Below are positions 35,543 to 45,321 of a DNA stretch of 53,723 nt, piece by piece. The notes under the pieces are model-generated. The model was not told the DNA's origin. It did no database searches and worked only from the letters and a program-made list of their open reading frames with translations. Each line of letters opens with the position of its first letter. Positions within the stretch are counted from its first letter, which is position 1. The translations under genes were made by a program, and so were the position numbers. This stretch comes from Christensenellaceae bacterium (lineage in GTDB: Bacteria > Bacillota > Clostridia > Christensenellales > Borkfalkiaceae), in NCBI GenBank assembly GCA_045646745.1, contig JAZRLL010000121.1, positions 1 to 53,723 on the forward strand, read 5' to 3'.

Positions 35543-36205
35543 ATGAATATAGATTGTAAAAAACATTATTCAGATGAATTCTACGAGAGATATATAAAAA
35601 ATTTTAAACCAAATATTAAAAAGAAATTGTTTTATAGGTTTGTAAAAAGAACCTTTGATATAGTTTGTTCATTGATTGCAATAGTTTTACTTTCGCCTAT
35701 TATGCTTATTACTGCAATTCTTGTTAAAACGACGTCAAAAGGACCTATAATTTTCAAGCAACAACGCATGGGGCGAAACTGCAAAACTTTTAATTGTTAT
35801 AAGTTTAGGTCAATGAAAATTGATTCTCCGCACGATATGGCTACTTCGCTTATAGATAATCCAGACGAGTTTTATACTCCCATTGGGAAATTTATAAGAA
35901 AATTGTCTTTGGACGAATTCCCGCAATTTTTCAATATTTTATTTGGACATATGTCTTTTATTGGACCAAGACCGGTAGTGTTAACTGAAAATAATTTAAA
36001 CGAAATGAGAAGAAGATTAAACGTTTATTCTATGCGTCCTGGAATTTCGGGCTACGCTCAGGTTCACGGTAGGGACGACGTTTATTATAAAAATAAAGCC
36101 ATTATGGATGCAGAATACGTTAAAAATGCGTCTTTATGGTTAGATTTTAAGTTAATATTCCAAACGATAGGCGTGTTATTTTTAAAGAAAGGAAACAATT
36201 CTTAA
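35543..36205 (+). CDS. Undecaprenyl-phosphate sugar phosphotransferase (small monotopic bacterial sugar transferase)
   Basis: KR.FD motif, one reentrant TM segment, SKGPIIFKQQRMG, KFRSM, DEFPQFFN and GPRP motifs. Confidence 0.85.
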   Translation: MNIDCKKHYSDEFYERYIKNFKPNIKKKLFYRFVKRTFDIVCSLIAIVLLSPIMLITAILVKTTSKGPIIFKQQRMGRNCKTFNCYKFRSMKIDSPHDMATSLIDNPDEFYTPIGKFIRKLSLDEFPQFFNILFGHMSFIGPRPVVLTENNLNEMRRRLNVYSMRPGISGYAQVHGRDDVYYKNKAIMDAEYVKNASLWLDFKLIFQTIGVLFLKKGNNS

Positions 36206-36221
36206 TTTTAAAGGGGCTTGT

Positions 36222-37223
36222 ATGTTTTTTTCATTAATTATTCCCGTATACAACGTTGAAAAATACCTTAAAGAGTGTTTAGATAGCGTAGTTAATCAAA
36301 CGTTTAAAGATTACGAGTGTATTTTGGTTGACGATGGCTCAAAGGATAGTTCAGCAAGCATTTGTGACGAATATTCAATTAAATACGGGTTCAAGGTATA
36401 TCATAACGAAAACAAAGGACATATTGCTTCAAGAATATTTGGGCTTAAAAAAGCCAGCGGGGAATATATTCTTAATTTAGATTCAGACGATAAGTTAGAG
36501 TTAAACGCACTTGAAGTAATTTATAATAAAATTCAAACGTTTAACGTTGACTGCGTGTTTTTTGGAACTAAAAGGTTTGACGAAAAAAACACTGATTATT
36601 ATCCGTATACTTTTAAAGAAGAAAAACTTTACGCAGATAAAAGGGAATTTTATCTTTCCGTATTAGGTAATCCCGAAAACAACGCAATATGGCGAAAAGC
36701 CGTTAAAAGAAGTTTAGTTGGAAGTATTGATTTTTCTAAATTTTTTCATATTTTAGTTGGAGAAGACGCATTACAGAGTTTAGAAATTTATAAAAACTGT
36801 TCAAATATTTTAGTAATTCCAGATATTTTGCATTGTTATAGAATAAATAACCAAGGAATTATGAAAAGTTTAAATATTAAAAAATACGATACTGATTTTA
36901 CGGTAGAGAAAGAAATTTTAAAATTTTTACAAGAAGAAAACATTTTTAGCGAAAACGATTTTAAAATTTATAGGAGTTATTGCCTTTTAAATTTAGTTAG
37001 ATTTTTAAGAGGGATTAGCGATAGCAACGCTACGAACAAAGAAAAGAAAAATTATTTCAAAAAGGTAAGAAAATCAACGTATTATAACGATTTTATAAAG
37101 GGTGGAAAGATTATTAAAAAACTAATTGGTGCTCAATATTTTGGATACTTTTTGTTTAAAATAAGGGCGTACTCGGTATTTATATTCCTTCAAAAAACTT
37201 TTAATAAAATTAAAAGTAGGTAA
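36222..37223 (+). CDS. Glycosyltransferase family 2
   Basis: Contains FSLIIPVYNVEKYL..CLDS...QT, VDDGS.D and a DSDD (DxD) motif. Confidence 0.85.
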   Translation: MFFSLIIPVYNVEKYLKECLDSVVNQTFKDYECILVDDGSKDSSASICDEYSIKYGFKVYHNENKGHIASRIFGLKKASGEYILNLDSDDKLELNALEVIYNKIQTFNVDCVFFGTKRFDEKNTDYYPYTFKEEKLYADKREFYLSVLGNPENNAIWRKAVKRSLVGSIDFSKFFHILVGEDALQSLEIYKNCSNILVIPDILHCYRINNQGIMKSLNIKKYDTDFTVEKEILKFLQEENIFSENDFKIYRSYCLLNLVRFLRGISDSNATNKEKKNYFKKVRKSTYYNDFIKGGKIIKKLIGAQYFGYFLFKIRAYSVFIFLQKTFNKIKSR

Positions 37224-37290
37224 ATTGGTTGATTTTATTATGGATTTAATATATACTTAATTATGTATGGAAACTTTTTAGGGGGGACTT

Positions 37291-38148
37291 ATGGAAGAAA
37301 AATTTGAAAAAGAAAAATCATTAACACTTTCTGAGTTTTTTTCTGTTTTTAAAAGAAATTTAATTTGGGTTATCGTTATAGTGATTGCTTTTTTAGGCTT
37401 AGGCGTTTCTTACGCTTATTTCGTTAAGAAAACTACGTATACTGCAACCGTTAATATATCCGTTAGAGCATACGACTCGTCGGACGAATCTTCAAGCGGT
37501 GAATTTGCCGAGCACTTAAAATACCAATATTCTGCGTTAATTGCTCCTGAATTTGAAAAGGCAATTAAAACTTACGAAATGCAAAGAAAGATAAACGCAA
37601 GGGTAAAAGAATATAACGATACTCACTCGGAAGAAGAACAAATTTCTTACATTAATTTAAGTGGGTTATCGTTTAGTTATACCGAAGAATCTGCTTTCTT
37701 TAAAATTTCTTATTCAAACAAAAAGCACGGTGGCGATGCTAACGAAATTAAATACAATTTAGTTAAGTCGCTTAATTTCTGTATTGAAGAATGTATAGAG
37801 ATTTTAAACGTGAAAAATATTGAAACGGGTAAAAACGAACACGGTTTCTTAGCAGATAAACTTTATATTGATTCTAAGGCTTATCCTGATAACGTTGCAG
37901 TTAATACGGGAAGAACAACTTCCATAATTTTAGCAGGTTTAATCGGTATGGTTATTGCTTGCTTAATGGTTATTATAATTTATTTTGCCGACGATAGAAT
38001 TACTACCGTTGAACAAGCGGAAAAAATTTCTCAACAAGTGGTGTTGTCCGTTATAGACATAAGTCCTAACTTCAAAACCAACAATGCTTTAAATGAAGCG
38101 GTAATTAACTCGCAAGAAAATTTAGGGGGTGAAGATAATGTTATTTAA
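37291..38148 (+). CDS. Wzz/CpsC-like chain-length determinant (tyrosine-kinase transmembrane modulator)
   Basis: N-terminal and C-terminal TM helices flank an extracytoplasmic domain. The gene lies directly upstream of, and overlaps, the BY-kinase gene. Confidence 0.7.
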   Translation: MEEKFEKEKSLTLSEFFSVFKRNLIWVIVIVIAFLGLGVSYAYFVKKTTYTATVNISVRAYDSSDESSSGEFAEHLKYQYSALIAPEFEKAIKTYEMQRKINARVKEYNDTHSEEEQISYINLSGLSFSYTEESAFFKISYSNKKHGGDANEIKYNLVKSLNFCIEECIEILNVKNIETGKNEHGFLADKLYIDSKAYPDNVAVNTGRTTSIILAGLIGMVIACLMVIIIYFADDRITTVEQAEKISQQVVLSVIDISPNFKTNNALNEAVINSQENLGGEDNVI

Positions 38149-38878
38149 GAAAAAAGCCATTAAATCATTAGATACGGATATCCCTAAAATAGTAGTTGGC
38201 AGAAAAAAAGGCCATAGCGAAAGTTATTATAGATTAAGAGACAACTTAATTTATTTTTCGGATAACGGTAAAAATAAAGTATTCCAAATTGAATCTTCTT
38301 TCTCTGGCGAAGGAAAAACTACCGTTGTTGCAAATTTAGCAGTAGCATTAGTAAACAGTGGCAAAAAAGTAGTTATCGTTGACCTTGATTTCCGCAGACC
38401 AAAAGTTCATAGGTCATTTAACGTTGCTAACCTTAACGGAATTGCCGAATACATGCTTGGCGATTGTAACGAAGAAACTTTAATTAAGAAAACAGATTTT
38501 GGTGTAGACGTTATCAATAGGGGAAAAGCAACGCATAATCCATCAATTATTTTCACGTCTGAAAAGTTTAAATCGTTAATTGAAAAATTAAGGAATGATT
38601 ACGACGTAGTGCTTTTAGACTGTCCACCAATTTTACTTGTTTCAGATTATATCCATATTTCTAAATGTTCTGATTGTACTTTATTCGTAGTTGCGTTTGG
38701 AATTACGCATCGTTCTCAACTTAAAGAGTCAATGGAACTTTTAAAAAGGAATAATTCTAACGTTATGGGTCTTGTAATGACTTATTCTAATGGAAAAAAC
38801 GTGTTTAAATCTGGTTATTATAGTGGAAGATATTATTCTACGAATAATAGGTATGCAAATAAATATAACGAAGACTAA
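38138..38878 (+). CDS. CpsD/CapB-type protein-tyrosine kinase (BY-kinase)
   Basis: Walker A SSFSGEGKTT, Walker A' VVIVDLDFRRP, Walker B VLLDCPP, and a C-terminal Tyr cluster SGYYSGRYYSTNNRYANKY. ATG 38138 lies 8 nt after GGGGG. Confidence 0.85.
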   Translation: MLFKKKAIKSLDTDIPKIVVGRKKGHSESYYRLRDNLIYFSDNGKNKVFQIESSFSGEGKTTVVANLAVALVNSGKKVVIVDLDFRRPKVHRSFNVANLNGIAEYMLGDCNEETLIKKTDFGVDVINRGKATHNPSIIFTSEKFKSLIEKLRNDYDVVLLDCPPILLVSDYIHISKCSDCTLFVVAFGITHRSQLKESMELLKRNNSNVMGLVMTYSNGKNVFKSGYYSGRYYSTNNRYANKYNED

Positions 38879-38903
38879 AATTTAAAAAAGGTAGAATAAT
38901 AAG

Positions 38904-39596
38904 ATGATTGATATTCATTCACATATTTTACCAAATGTTGACGATGGGAGTAAAAGTTTAGAAAACTCGTTAAAAATACTTAAACACGAAGTTAATAACG
39001 GGGTGAATAAGATAGTTTTAACACCGCACTTTAAAACGGATAATTATACGCCTACCATAAAAGAAATTATGGATAGATATAACGAATTAGTTAATGCGGT
39101 AAAAAACGAAAAGATAAATATAGAGTTATTTTTAGGTCAAGAAATTTATTGTGATGAAAACGTTTATAAAAGGCTTGCAAATAAAGAAGTAATGACTATT
39201 AACGGGACTAATTGTATACTTGTGGAATTTAGTTTTCAAGAATATCAAGATATTCCCGACTATATATATAATTTAACTAAACTAGGCTATACTCCAATAA
39301 TTGCACATTTTGAAAGATATGAGTATTTAGATTGGAATTGCTTAATAGAATTAAAGCAGATGGGTGCATTGTTCCAAACCAACGCCTCGGCGGTAATTGG
39401 GGAAGATGGAAAAAAGATACAAAAAGTAATTATTTCCGCAATTAAACAAGGCATTGTAGATTTCGTTGCTGGCGATTGCCACGCACATAACCCATCTATA
39501 ATTGGAAAGGCTTATAAAAAGACGTTAAAGCATTGTGGTAAAACGATTACCGACGACGTGTTTATTAATAACGCAAAAAAATATTTATTAGTATAA
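38904..39596 (+). CDS. CpsB/YwqE-type protein-tyrosine phosphatase (PHP family)
   Basis: Starts MIDIHSHILPNVDDGS, with later TPH and HFERY motifs. Confidence 0.85.
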   Translation: MIDIHSHILPNVDDGSKSLENSLKILKHEVNNGVNKIVLTPHFKTDNYTPTIKEIMDRYNELVNAVKNEKINIELFLGQEIYCDENVYKRLANKEVMTINGTNCILVEFSFQEYQDIPDYIYNLTKLGYTPIIAHFERYEYLDWNCLIELKQMGALFQTNASAVIGEDGKKIQKVIISAIKQGIVDFVAGDCHAHNPSIIGKAYKKTLKHCGKTITDDVFINNAKKYLLV

Positions 39597-39620
39597 AAAG
39601 GGTTTTAAAACCCTTTTTTT
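39595..39620 (+). terminator. Intrinsic terminator ending the polysaccharide locus
   Basis: AAAAAGGGTTTTAAAACCCTTTTTTT is a palindromic hairpin followed by T7. Confidence 0.75.
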
Positions 39621-39656
39621 ATTAATAATTATAATTTTACTACGCATACTTATTGC

Positions 39657-40430
39657 GTGAAGAAAAATAAACTTGGTTTGGCGCTTGGAAGTGGCGGAGC
39701 AAAAGGCTTGGTTCACATAGGCGTTTTACAAGCCCTTGAAGAAGAAAAAATTGAGTTTGACGTTTTATGCGGAACGAGTATAGGTAGCGTGATTGCAGGC
39801 ATGTACGCTTTGGGTTATACGGCAAGAGAAATGCTTGGTATTTTTGATGAGATGGGTTTTAACTCTTTTAAGTGGATAGTTGATAGTAAAATTAAACGGA
39901 AGCCATTAAACGTTATTTTAGAAAACGTTTTAGGAGAAAAAGATTTTACTCATTTAAAAAAGCCATACAAGGCTATTGCAACCGACGTTGACAGCGGAAA
40001 GGAAGTTGTTATTGATAAAGGGGATTTATGTTTAGCGATGGCAATTTCTTGTTCTATCCCCCCAATATTTAATGCAATAAGTTATGAAGGTAAAAGGCTA
40101 ATTGACGGAGCGTTTGTAAACTCTATTCCCGCAGACGTATGCAAGCAAATGGGTGCAAAATACATTTTAGGTGTAGATTTAAGTTCGGATAATCCAATGA
40201 ACTTTTCTTCACTTAAAGTACTTAAAAATTTTTACAGAAAAACGGGGATTAAAAGGTGTAGTAGGAGTTATAACGGATATAGGTTTGCCGACGTTATTAT
40301 TGCTCCAGATTTGACAAATTATAATTTGTCAAGCATAAAAAGTTCGCAAAAACTTTTTGATATAGGTTACGATTTAGCAAAAAACAATATTCAATTAATA
40401 AAAGAAAAACTTCATTTAAAAATAAATTAA
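39657..40430 (+). CDS. Patatin-like phospholipase
   Basis: Oxyanion motif GSGGAKG, nucleophile GTSIGS, and DGA (catalytic Asp). GTG start with no obvious SD. Confidence 0.8.
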   Translation: MKKNKLGLALGSGGAKGLVHIGVLQALEEEKIEFDVLCGTSIGSVIAGMYALGYTAREMLGIFDEMGFNSFKWIVDSKIKRKPLNVILENVLGEKDFTHLKKPYKAIATDVDSGKEVVIDKGDLCLAMAISCSIPPIFNAISYEGKRLIDGAFVNSIPADVCKQMGAKYILGVDLSSDNPMNFSSLKVLKNFYRKTGIKRCSRSYNGYRFADVIIAPDLTNYNLSSIKSSQKLFDIGYDLAKNNIQLIKEKLHLKIN

Positions 40431-40453
40431 ATATAGTATACCTACAAAATAAT

Positions 40454-40494
40454 TGGCATATCCTTAAATAGTAATATAAGGATAGCCATTTTTT
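40454..40494 (+). terminator. Intrinsic terminator after the patatin gene
   Basis: TGGCATATCCTTA pairs with TAAGGATAGCCA (one bulge), followed by T6. It ends 1 nt before ATG 40496. Confidence 0.65.
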
Positions 40495-40495
40495 A

Positions 40496-41482
40496 ATGAA
40501 AAAAATTTTTAAAATTATTTTATGCTTATTATGCGTTTCCGTCTTGATTTTCGTGCCTTTTATTAAGGTGGGGGATAATAATAAAATTCAAGTTAAAAAC
40601 GATTATCAGGCAATTTTAGAGATATGGAACGTAGATAATTTTGAAGGGGGAATTAAAAGTAGAACTTCTTTTTTAAGAAACGTTTCTTTAAAATTTTCTA
40701 AAAAGTATAAAACCGTTTTGTGTTTGGTGGTTAATCATACGGTAGAAAGCGCAAACGAACTTTTAAATAAGGGTGAAGTTCCCGATATAATTTCGTGTGG
40801 GGTATCCGGGGTAAACTACGATAAATACTTAAATAAAATAAACGTAAATAGCGGTATTGACGGGGGAACGATTAACAATTCAAGATATTTAGTTGCTTGG
40901 TGTAAAGGCGGTTATTTTGAAATAAAAAGAAGGGGGGTAAAAATAAACGAAAGCGTTGTTAAAGTTGAAAACTATACTTCGGCGAGCGTGTCAGTTTTAT
41001 TAGAAGATAACGATTATGAAAATTTAATTTTTATGGATAAAGAAAGTGCTTTTACCTATTTTTTATCAAAAGAAAACGCAAGGCTTATCGGTACGCAAAG
41101 AGACGTTATTAAACTAAAAAATAAAAACGTAGATTGTGAAGTGATTCCGCTAACTAAATATAACGATTTATATCAATACGTATGCTTAACGTCAAAAACT
41201 AGTCAAAAAAAATATTATGCTGAAATTTTTATAAATTTTTTATTGAGTAAAGAAATTCAAGAAAAATTAGTTGAAATAAATTTAATGTCTGTTAACTATA
41301 AAAACTTATCCGATGAAGATTTTTATTTAAATTACGAAAAGGAAGATACGTATTATACGATATCTCCACTTTTAAAAGAAAACGAACTAAAAAATATTAT
41401 TGATTTATCAAAAACTGCGTGTTTAGAAAAAACGAATAAAGATGAAGTTATTAAATTACTTAAACAGTTGAAAAATAGTTAA
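40496..41482 (+). CDS. Hypothetical membrane-anchored protein, possibly solute-binding-protein-like fold
   Basis: N-terminal signal/anchor helix. The ILEIWNVDNFEGG and PDIIS segments are reminiscent of type-2 periplasmic binding proteins. No SD. The family call is weak. Confidence 0.4.
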   Translation: MKKIFKIILCLLCVSVLIFVPFIKVGDNNKIQVKNDYQAILEIWNVDNFEGGIKSRTSFLRNVSLKFSKKYKTVLCLVVNHTVESANELLNKGEVPDIISCGVSGVNYDKYLNKINVNSGIDGGTINNSRYLVAWCKGGYFEIKRRGVKINESVVKVENYTSASVSVLLEDNDYENLIFMDKESAFTYFLSKENARLIGTQRDVIKLKNKNVDCEVIPLTKYNDLYQYVCLTSKTSQKKYYAEIFINFLLSKEIQEKLVEINLMSVNYKNLSDEDFYLNYEKEDTYYTISPLLKENELKNIIDLSKTACLEKTNKDEVIKLLKQLKNS

Positions 41483-41508
41483 AAATGTTGTAAAATAAGG
41501 AGAGAGAT

Positions 41509-42384
41509 ATGTCTATATTAGTTGGTTTAGACGAATTACTTAATAATTTAGGTAATATTGAGTATAAAGTGGACTGCTCGCTAAAAAAATATAATAAATA
41601 CGGCACGGGCGGAAATGCAAGTTTAATGTTGTTTCCTAAAAGTTGTACTGAACTTTTAAGGAGTATAAATTTGGTTCAAGATATTCCACATTTTATTTTA
41701 GGTAGTGGCTCTAACGTGCTGGTTTCAGATAAAGGATTTAACGGCGTAGTAATTTCTACCATAGGCGTTAATAAAACGGACATAAAAGGCAATTTATATA
41801 TGGCGGAGTGTGGGGCAAAACTTTCTTCCGTTATTGAAGATATGAAAAATAATTGTCTAGGCGGTTTAGAATTTGCTTGTCAAATACCCGCAACCGTTGG
41901 CGGTGCGGTTTGCATGAACGCAGGTTGCTTTAATAAAAGCGTTTCACAATACGTTTGCTACGTTATAACTAACAAGGGAACGTATAACGCAAGCGAGTGT
42001 AATTTTGCGTATAGGTCAAGTAGGTTTTTAAATAACGAAGTTATTTTAAAAGTCTGTTTTGCACTCAATCCTACCGACGAAGATATTTTAGAAGAAAAAA
42101 TAAAAACGTATAAACAACTTAGAAAAAATCCAAAAGGTAAAAATTGCGGTTCGGTTTTTAAAAACGACGGGTTTTTTGCTGGTAAAGTTATTGATGAAGT
42201 CGGGTTAAAAGGTTTTAGGTATAAAGGTTGCAAAGTTTCAAACGAGCATGCAAATTTTATTATTGCTGAAGAAAATTGTACGTCAAGCGACGTTTATTCT
42301 TTAATTAACATAATTAAAGAAAAAGTATATAAAGAAAAACAAATAAAACTAAACGAAGAAATAATTTATCTTGGTGAATTTTAA
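41509..42384 (+). CDS. murB: UDP-N-acetylenolpyruvoylglucosamine reductase
   Basis: FAD-binding pattern YGTGGNA....P, GSGSN.L, catalytic GS.FKN and H.NFI motifs. RBS AAGGAGAG. Confidence 0.9.
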   Translation: MSILVGLDELLNNLGNIEYKVDCSLKKYNKYGTGGNASLMLFPKSCTELLRSINLVQDIPHFILGSGSNVLVSDKGFNGVVISTIGVNKTDIKGNLYMAECGAKLSSVIEDMKNNCLGGLEFACQIPATVGGAVCMNAGCFNKSVSQYVCYVITNKGTYNASECNFAYRSSRFLNNEVILKVCFALNPTDEDILEEKIKTYKQLRKNPKGKNCGSVFKNDGFFAGKVIDEVGLKGFRYKGCKVSNEHANFIIAEENCTSSDVYSLINIIKEKVYKEKQIKLNEEIIYLGEF

Positions 42385-43160
42385 TGAAGTTAACTATTGA
42401 TTATCACACTCACACGACATTTAGTCATGGGAAGGGCAGTATTTTAGACAATGCGAGAGTTGCTAAACAAAGGGGGCTTGAAAGCATTGCTATTACTGAC
42501 CACGGCTTTTCTCACCCTGCTTTTAGCATGAAGAGAAAGGAAATCCCTTTAATGCGAAAATTGTGCCTTGAAGCCGAAAAAGAAACGGGAGTCAAGGTTC
42601 TTTTAGGCATAGAATCAAATATTTTAGGTATTAGCGGGAAAACAGACCTTAAAGAAAAAGATTATGAAAGTATTGACGTGTTTTTAGCAGGTATTCATAA
42701 ATTTATTATGTACGATGGGCTTAACGAGTGGTATCAATTATATTTTGATAATATGATAACGAGAGTTTTAAAACTTAAACCGACTAAAAATTTAATTAAG
42801 CGAAACACTAAAATTTATTTAAATACTATAATGAAAAATCCAATAGATATTCTTGCGCACCCAAATTACTGTTTTTTTGCAGACCCCGTTGAAGTTGCAA
42901 AATGTTGTAGAGATTACGGAACTATTTTTGAAATAGACGCAAGAAAAACCCACCTTTCAGACGAGGAGTGGTACAAGGTAAATAGTACGGGCGTTAATTT
43001 CGTTATTGATAGCGACGCTCACGAACCGGACAAGATAGGCGTTATAGATAAAGCGGTAGAACTTGTAGAGCGAATTGGAATTAATAAAGATAGAATATTA
43101 AATATTGACGGGAAAATTCCTAAAAGTTTAAGATTTAGTGAATATAAAAAAGGGCTTTAA
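42384..43160 (+). CDS. PHP-domain phosphoesterase (histidinol-phosphatase-like)
   Basis: DYHTHT, ITDHG, HPNY and DSDAH metal-ligand motifs. The start shares the A of the murB stop (TAATG). Confidence 0.75.
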   Translation: MKLTIDYHTHTTFSHGKGSILDNARVAKQRGLESIAITDHGFSHPAFSMKRKEIPLMRKLCLEAEKETGVKVLLGIESNILGISGKTDLKEKDYESIDVFLAGIHKFIMYDGLNEWYQLYFDNMITRVLKLKPTKNLIKRNTKIYLNTIMKNPIDILAHPNYCFFADPVEVAKCCRDYGTIFEIDARKTHLSDEEWYKVNSTGVNFVIDSDAHEPDKIGVIDKAVELVERIGINKDRILNIDGKIPKSLRFSEYKKGL

Positions 43161-43195
43161 AAAGTTGTATAATAGTTTAAAATAAAAGGATAAAA

Positions 43196-44137
43196 ATGAC
43201 GTTTACAGAAAAAGTAAAAAATGAAATTTTAACTAAACAATTAAATAATCCTTGTTGTAGAATTGCTGCTCTATCGTCTTTCGTTAGGGGGGCGGGTACT
43301 ATTGCCGTTAAAGAAAATAAAATTGGATTTGAAACGATTACCGAAAACAAAAAAACTTGTGAGTTTTTTTATAACGTGTTAAAAGATGATTTTGGTGCGG
43401 AAGCCGAAATTAATGAGTTTAAAGATAAATTAAATAAAAAATATAAATATCAATTAACCCTAGTTAACGAAAAGGGTTTATCAATTTTAAAAGAACTTTG
43501 TATAATTAATACCGAAAACGGAAACTTATCTATAAACTTGTCAATAGATAGGTACTTAATTGAAGAAAAATGCTGTAAAAAAGCGTACCTTATAGGTGCT
43601 TTTTTAGGTGGCGGGAGCGTTAGTATCCCACAAATTCAAAAAAAGACTAAAAGTGGATATCATTTAGAATTCGTTTTTTCAAAATATCAAACGGCTTTGG
43701 ATTTTTCAACACTAATGTCCGAAGAAGGCTTTTTCCCTAAACTCATAGAAAGAAAGGAAAGTTTCGTGGTTTACTTTAAAGGGTGTGATGAAATTTGCGA
43801 ACTTTTATCATATTTAGGCGCAACTAAATGTATGTTTGAACTTGAAAACGTAATTATTGAAAAAGGCTTAATTAACGAGACTAACAGGCGAATAAATTGC
43901 GAGATGGCAAATATAGAAAAACAAGTGAACGCCGCTCAAAATCAAATAAACGCCATAACAATAATTGACGAAACGATTGGACTTAGCGAGTTGCCACAAA
44001 ACTTATACGTAGTTGCTAAAACTCGTTTAGAAAACTCTGAAAGTTCTTTTTCCGACCTTGCAAAAATTTTAAATATTTCAAAAAGTTGTTTAAACCATAG
44101 ATTAAGAAAGATAATGGAAATAGCAAATAATTTATGA
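43196..44137 (+). CDS. whiA: Sporulation/cell-division regulator WhiA
   Basis: The N-terminal F...VK.E......N.CC..A.LS.F.R..G pattern, the LAGLIDADG-like middle domain and the C-terminal HTH (SKSCLNHRLRKI) are present. Confidence 0.9.
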   Translation: MTFTEKVKNEILTKQLNNPCCRIAALSSFVRGAGTIAVKENKIGFETITENKKTCEFFYNVLKDDFGAEAEINEFKDKLNKKYKYQLTLVNEKGLSILKELCIINTENGNLSINLSIDRYLIEEKCCKKAYLIGAFLGGGSVSIPQIQKKTKSGYHLEFVFSKYQTALDFSTLMSEEGFFPKLIERKESFVVYFKGCDEICELLSYLGATKCMFELENVIIEKGLINETNRRINCEMANIEKQVNAAQNQINAITIIDETIGLSELPQNLYVVAKTRLENSESSFSDLAKILNISKSCLNHRLRKIMEIANNL

Positions 44138-45321
44138 AAATTAGTAAAAACGCTCAAACTATTATTAAAACTTTATACGATAACGGTTATGAAGGATATT
44201 TAGTCGGCGGGACGGTTAGAAATTTTTTAATGGACAAGCCCCTATCTGATATTGATATAACCACTAACGCAACTCCTTTACAATTAGAAGGGGTTTTTAG
44301 TTCGTATAAAGTTATTAAAACGGGTTTAAAGCACGGAACCTTAACCGTTTTACTCGGCGGAGAGCCTATTGAAATAACTACTTATAGATTGGATAGTGAG
44401 TATTCTGATAATCGTCACCCCGATAAAGTGGAATTTGTTTCTAACTTGCACGAAGACTTAAAGCGTAGAGATTTTACTATAAACGCTATTGCGTATAACG
44501 ATAAAGAAGGTTTAGTTGACTTATTTAACGGTCAAGAAGATATTAAAAATAAAATTATTAGAACGGTTGGAAATGCAAATAAACGTTTTAACGAAGACTC
44601 TTTAAGGATTTTAAGGGGATTAAGATTTTCTTCGGTGCTTTCTTTTACCATTGAAAAAAACACTAAAAAAAGTATTATAAAAAACAAAACACTTTTAAAA
44701 AACGTTTCGGTTGAAAGGGTTTTTATTGAACTAAAAAAAATGCTTTTAGGGGATAATATAGGCTACGTTTTAAAAGAATTTAGTAGCGTTTTAGTAGAAA
44801 TTATTCCTGAACTTAAAAACGCAGATTTCAAAAAGTTGGCTACACTTTTAAATTTAACGCCTAAAAACGAAATTTTAAGGCTTGCGGTATTGTTGAGTTC
44901 TTTAAATAAAGAAGAAGTTTTTAAAATTTTAAATAAATTTAAATGTGATAATTTTAAAAAGAAAACTATACTTTTTTTAATTGCAAATAAAGATTTAATA
45001 ATTAAACCCGACGACCTTTTTTTAAAACTTTTATTAAAAGAAAATGAAGAAGAAAGTTTAAAATATTTATTAGAATTCAAAAAAATCGTTTGCGAAAATT
45101 TTATAAATTACGACTTAATTACTATAAAAATTGATAGAATTATTAGTAATAACGAGTGCTATTTATTAAAACACTTAAATGTAAACGGAAACGATTTAAA
45201 AAGTTTAGGATATAGTGGCTCTCAAATAAAAATTAAACTTGAAGAACTTCTTTTAAGCGTAATGAAAGGCGAAGTTAAAAACGAAAAACAAGATTTATTA
45301 AATAGGTTAAAAAATGACTGA
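44134..45321 (+). CDS. cca: CCA-adding tRNA nucleotidyltransferase
   Basis: GGTVRNFLM....DIDITT and RRDFTINA motifs. The start overlaps the whiA stop (ATGA). Confidence 0.85.
   Translation: MKISKNAQTIIKTLYDNGYEGYLVGGTVRNFLMDKPLSDIDITTNATPLQLEGVFSSYKVIKTGLKHGTLTVLLGGEPIEITTYRLDSEYSDNRHPDKVEFVSNLHEDLKRRDFTINAIAYNDKEGLVDLFNGQEDIKNKIIRTVGNANKRFNEDSLRILRGLRFSSVLSFTIEKNTKKSIIKNKTLLKNVSVERVFIELKKMLLGDNIGYVLKEFSSVLVEIIPELKNADFKKLATLLNLTPKNEILRLAVLLSSLNKEEVFKILNKFKCDNFKKKTILFLIANKDLIIKPDDLFLKLLLKENEEESLKYLLEFKKIVCENFINYDLITIKIDRIISNNECYLLKHLNVNGNDLKSLGYSGSQIKIKLEELLLSVMKGEVKNEKQDLLNRLKND

Noticed and set aside
39657-40430. The patatin-like phospholipase as a possible CBASS (CapV-type) defence effector.
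   Set aside because: No CD-NTase, cyclase, SMODS/SAVED, E1/E2/JAB or other signalling gene is adjacent. At 257 aa the protein fits the common stand-alone RssA-like patatins.
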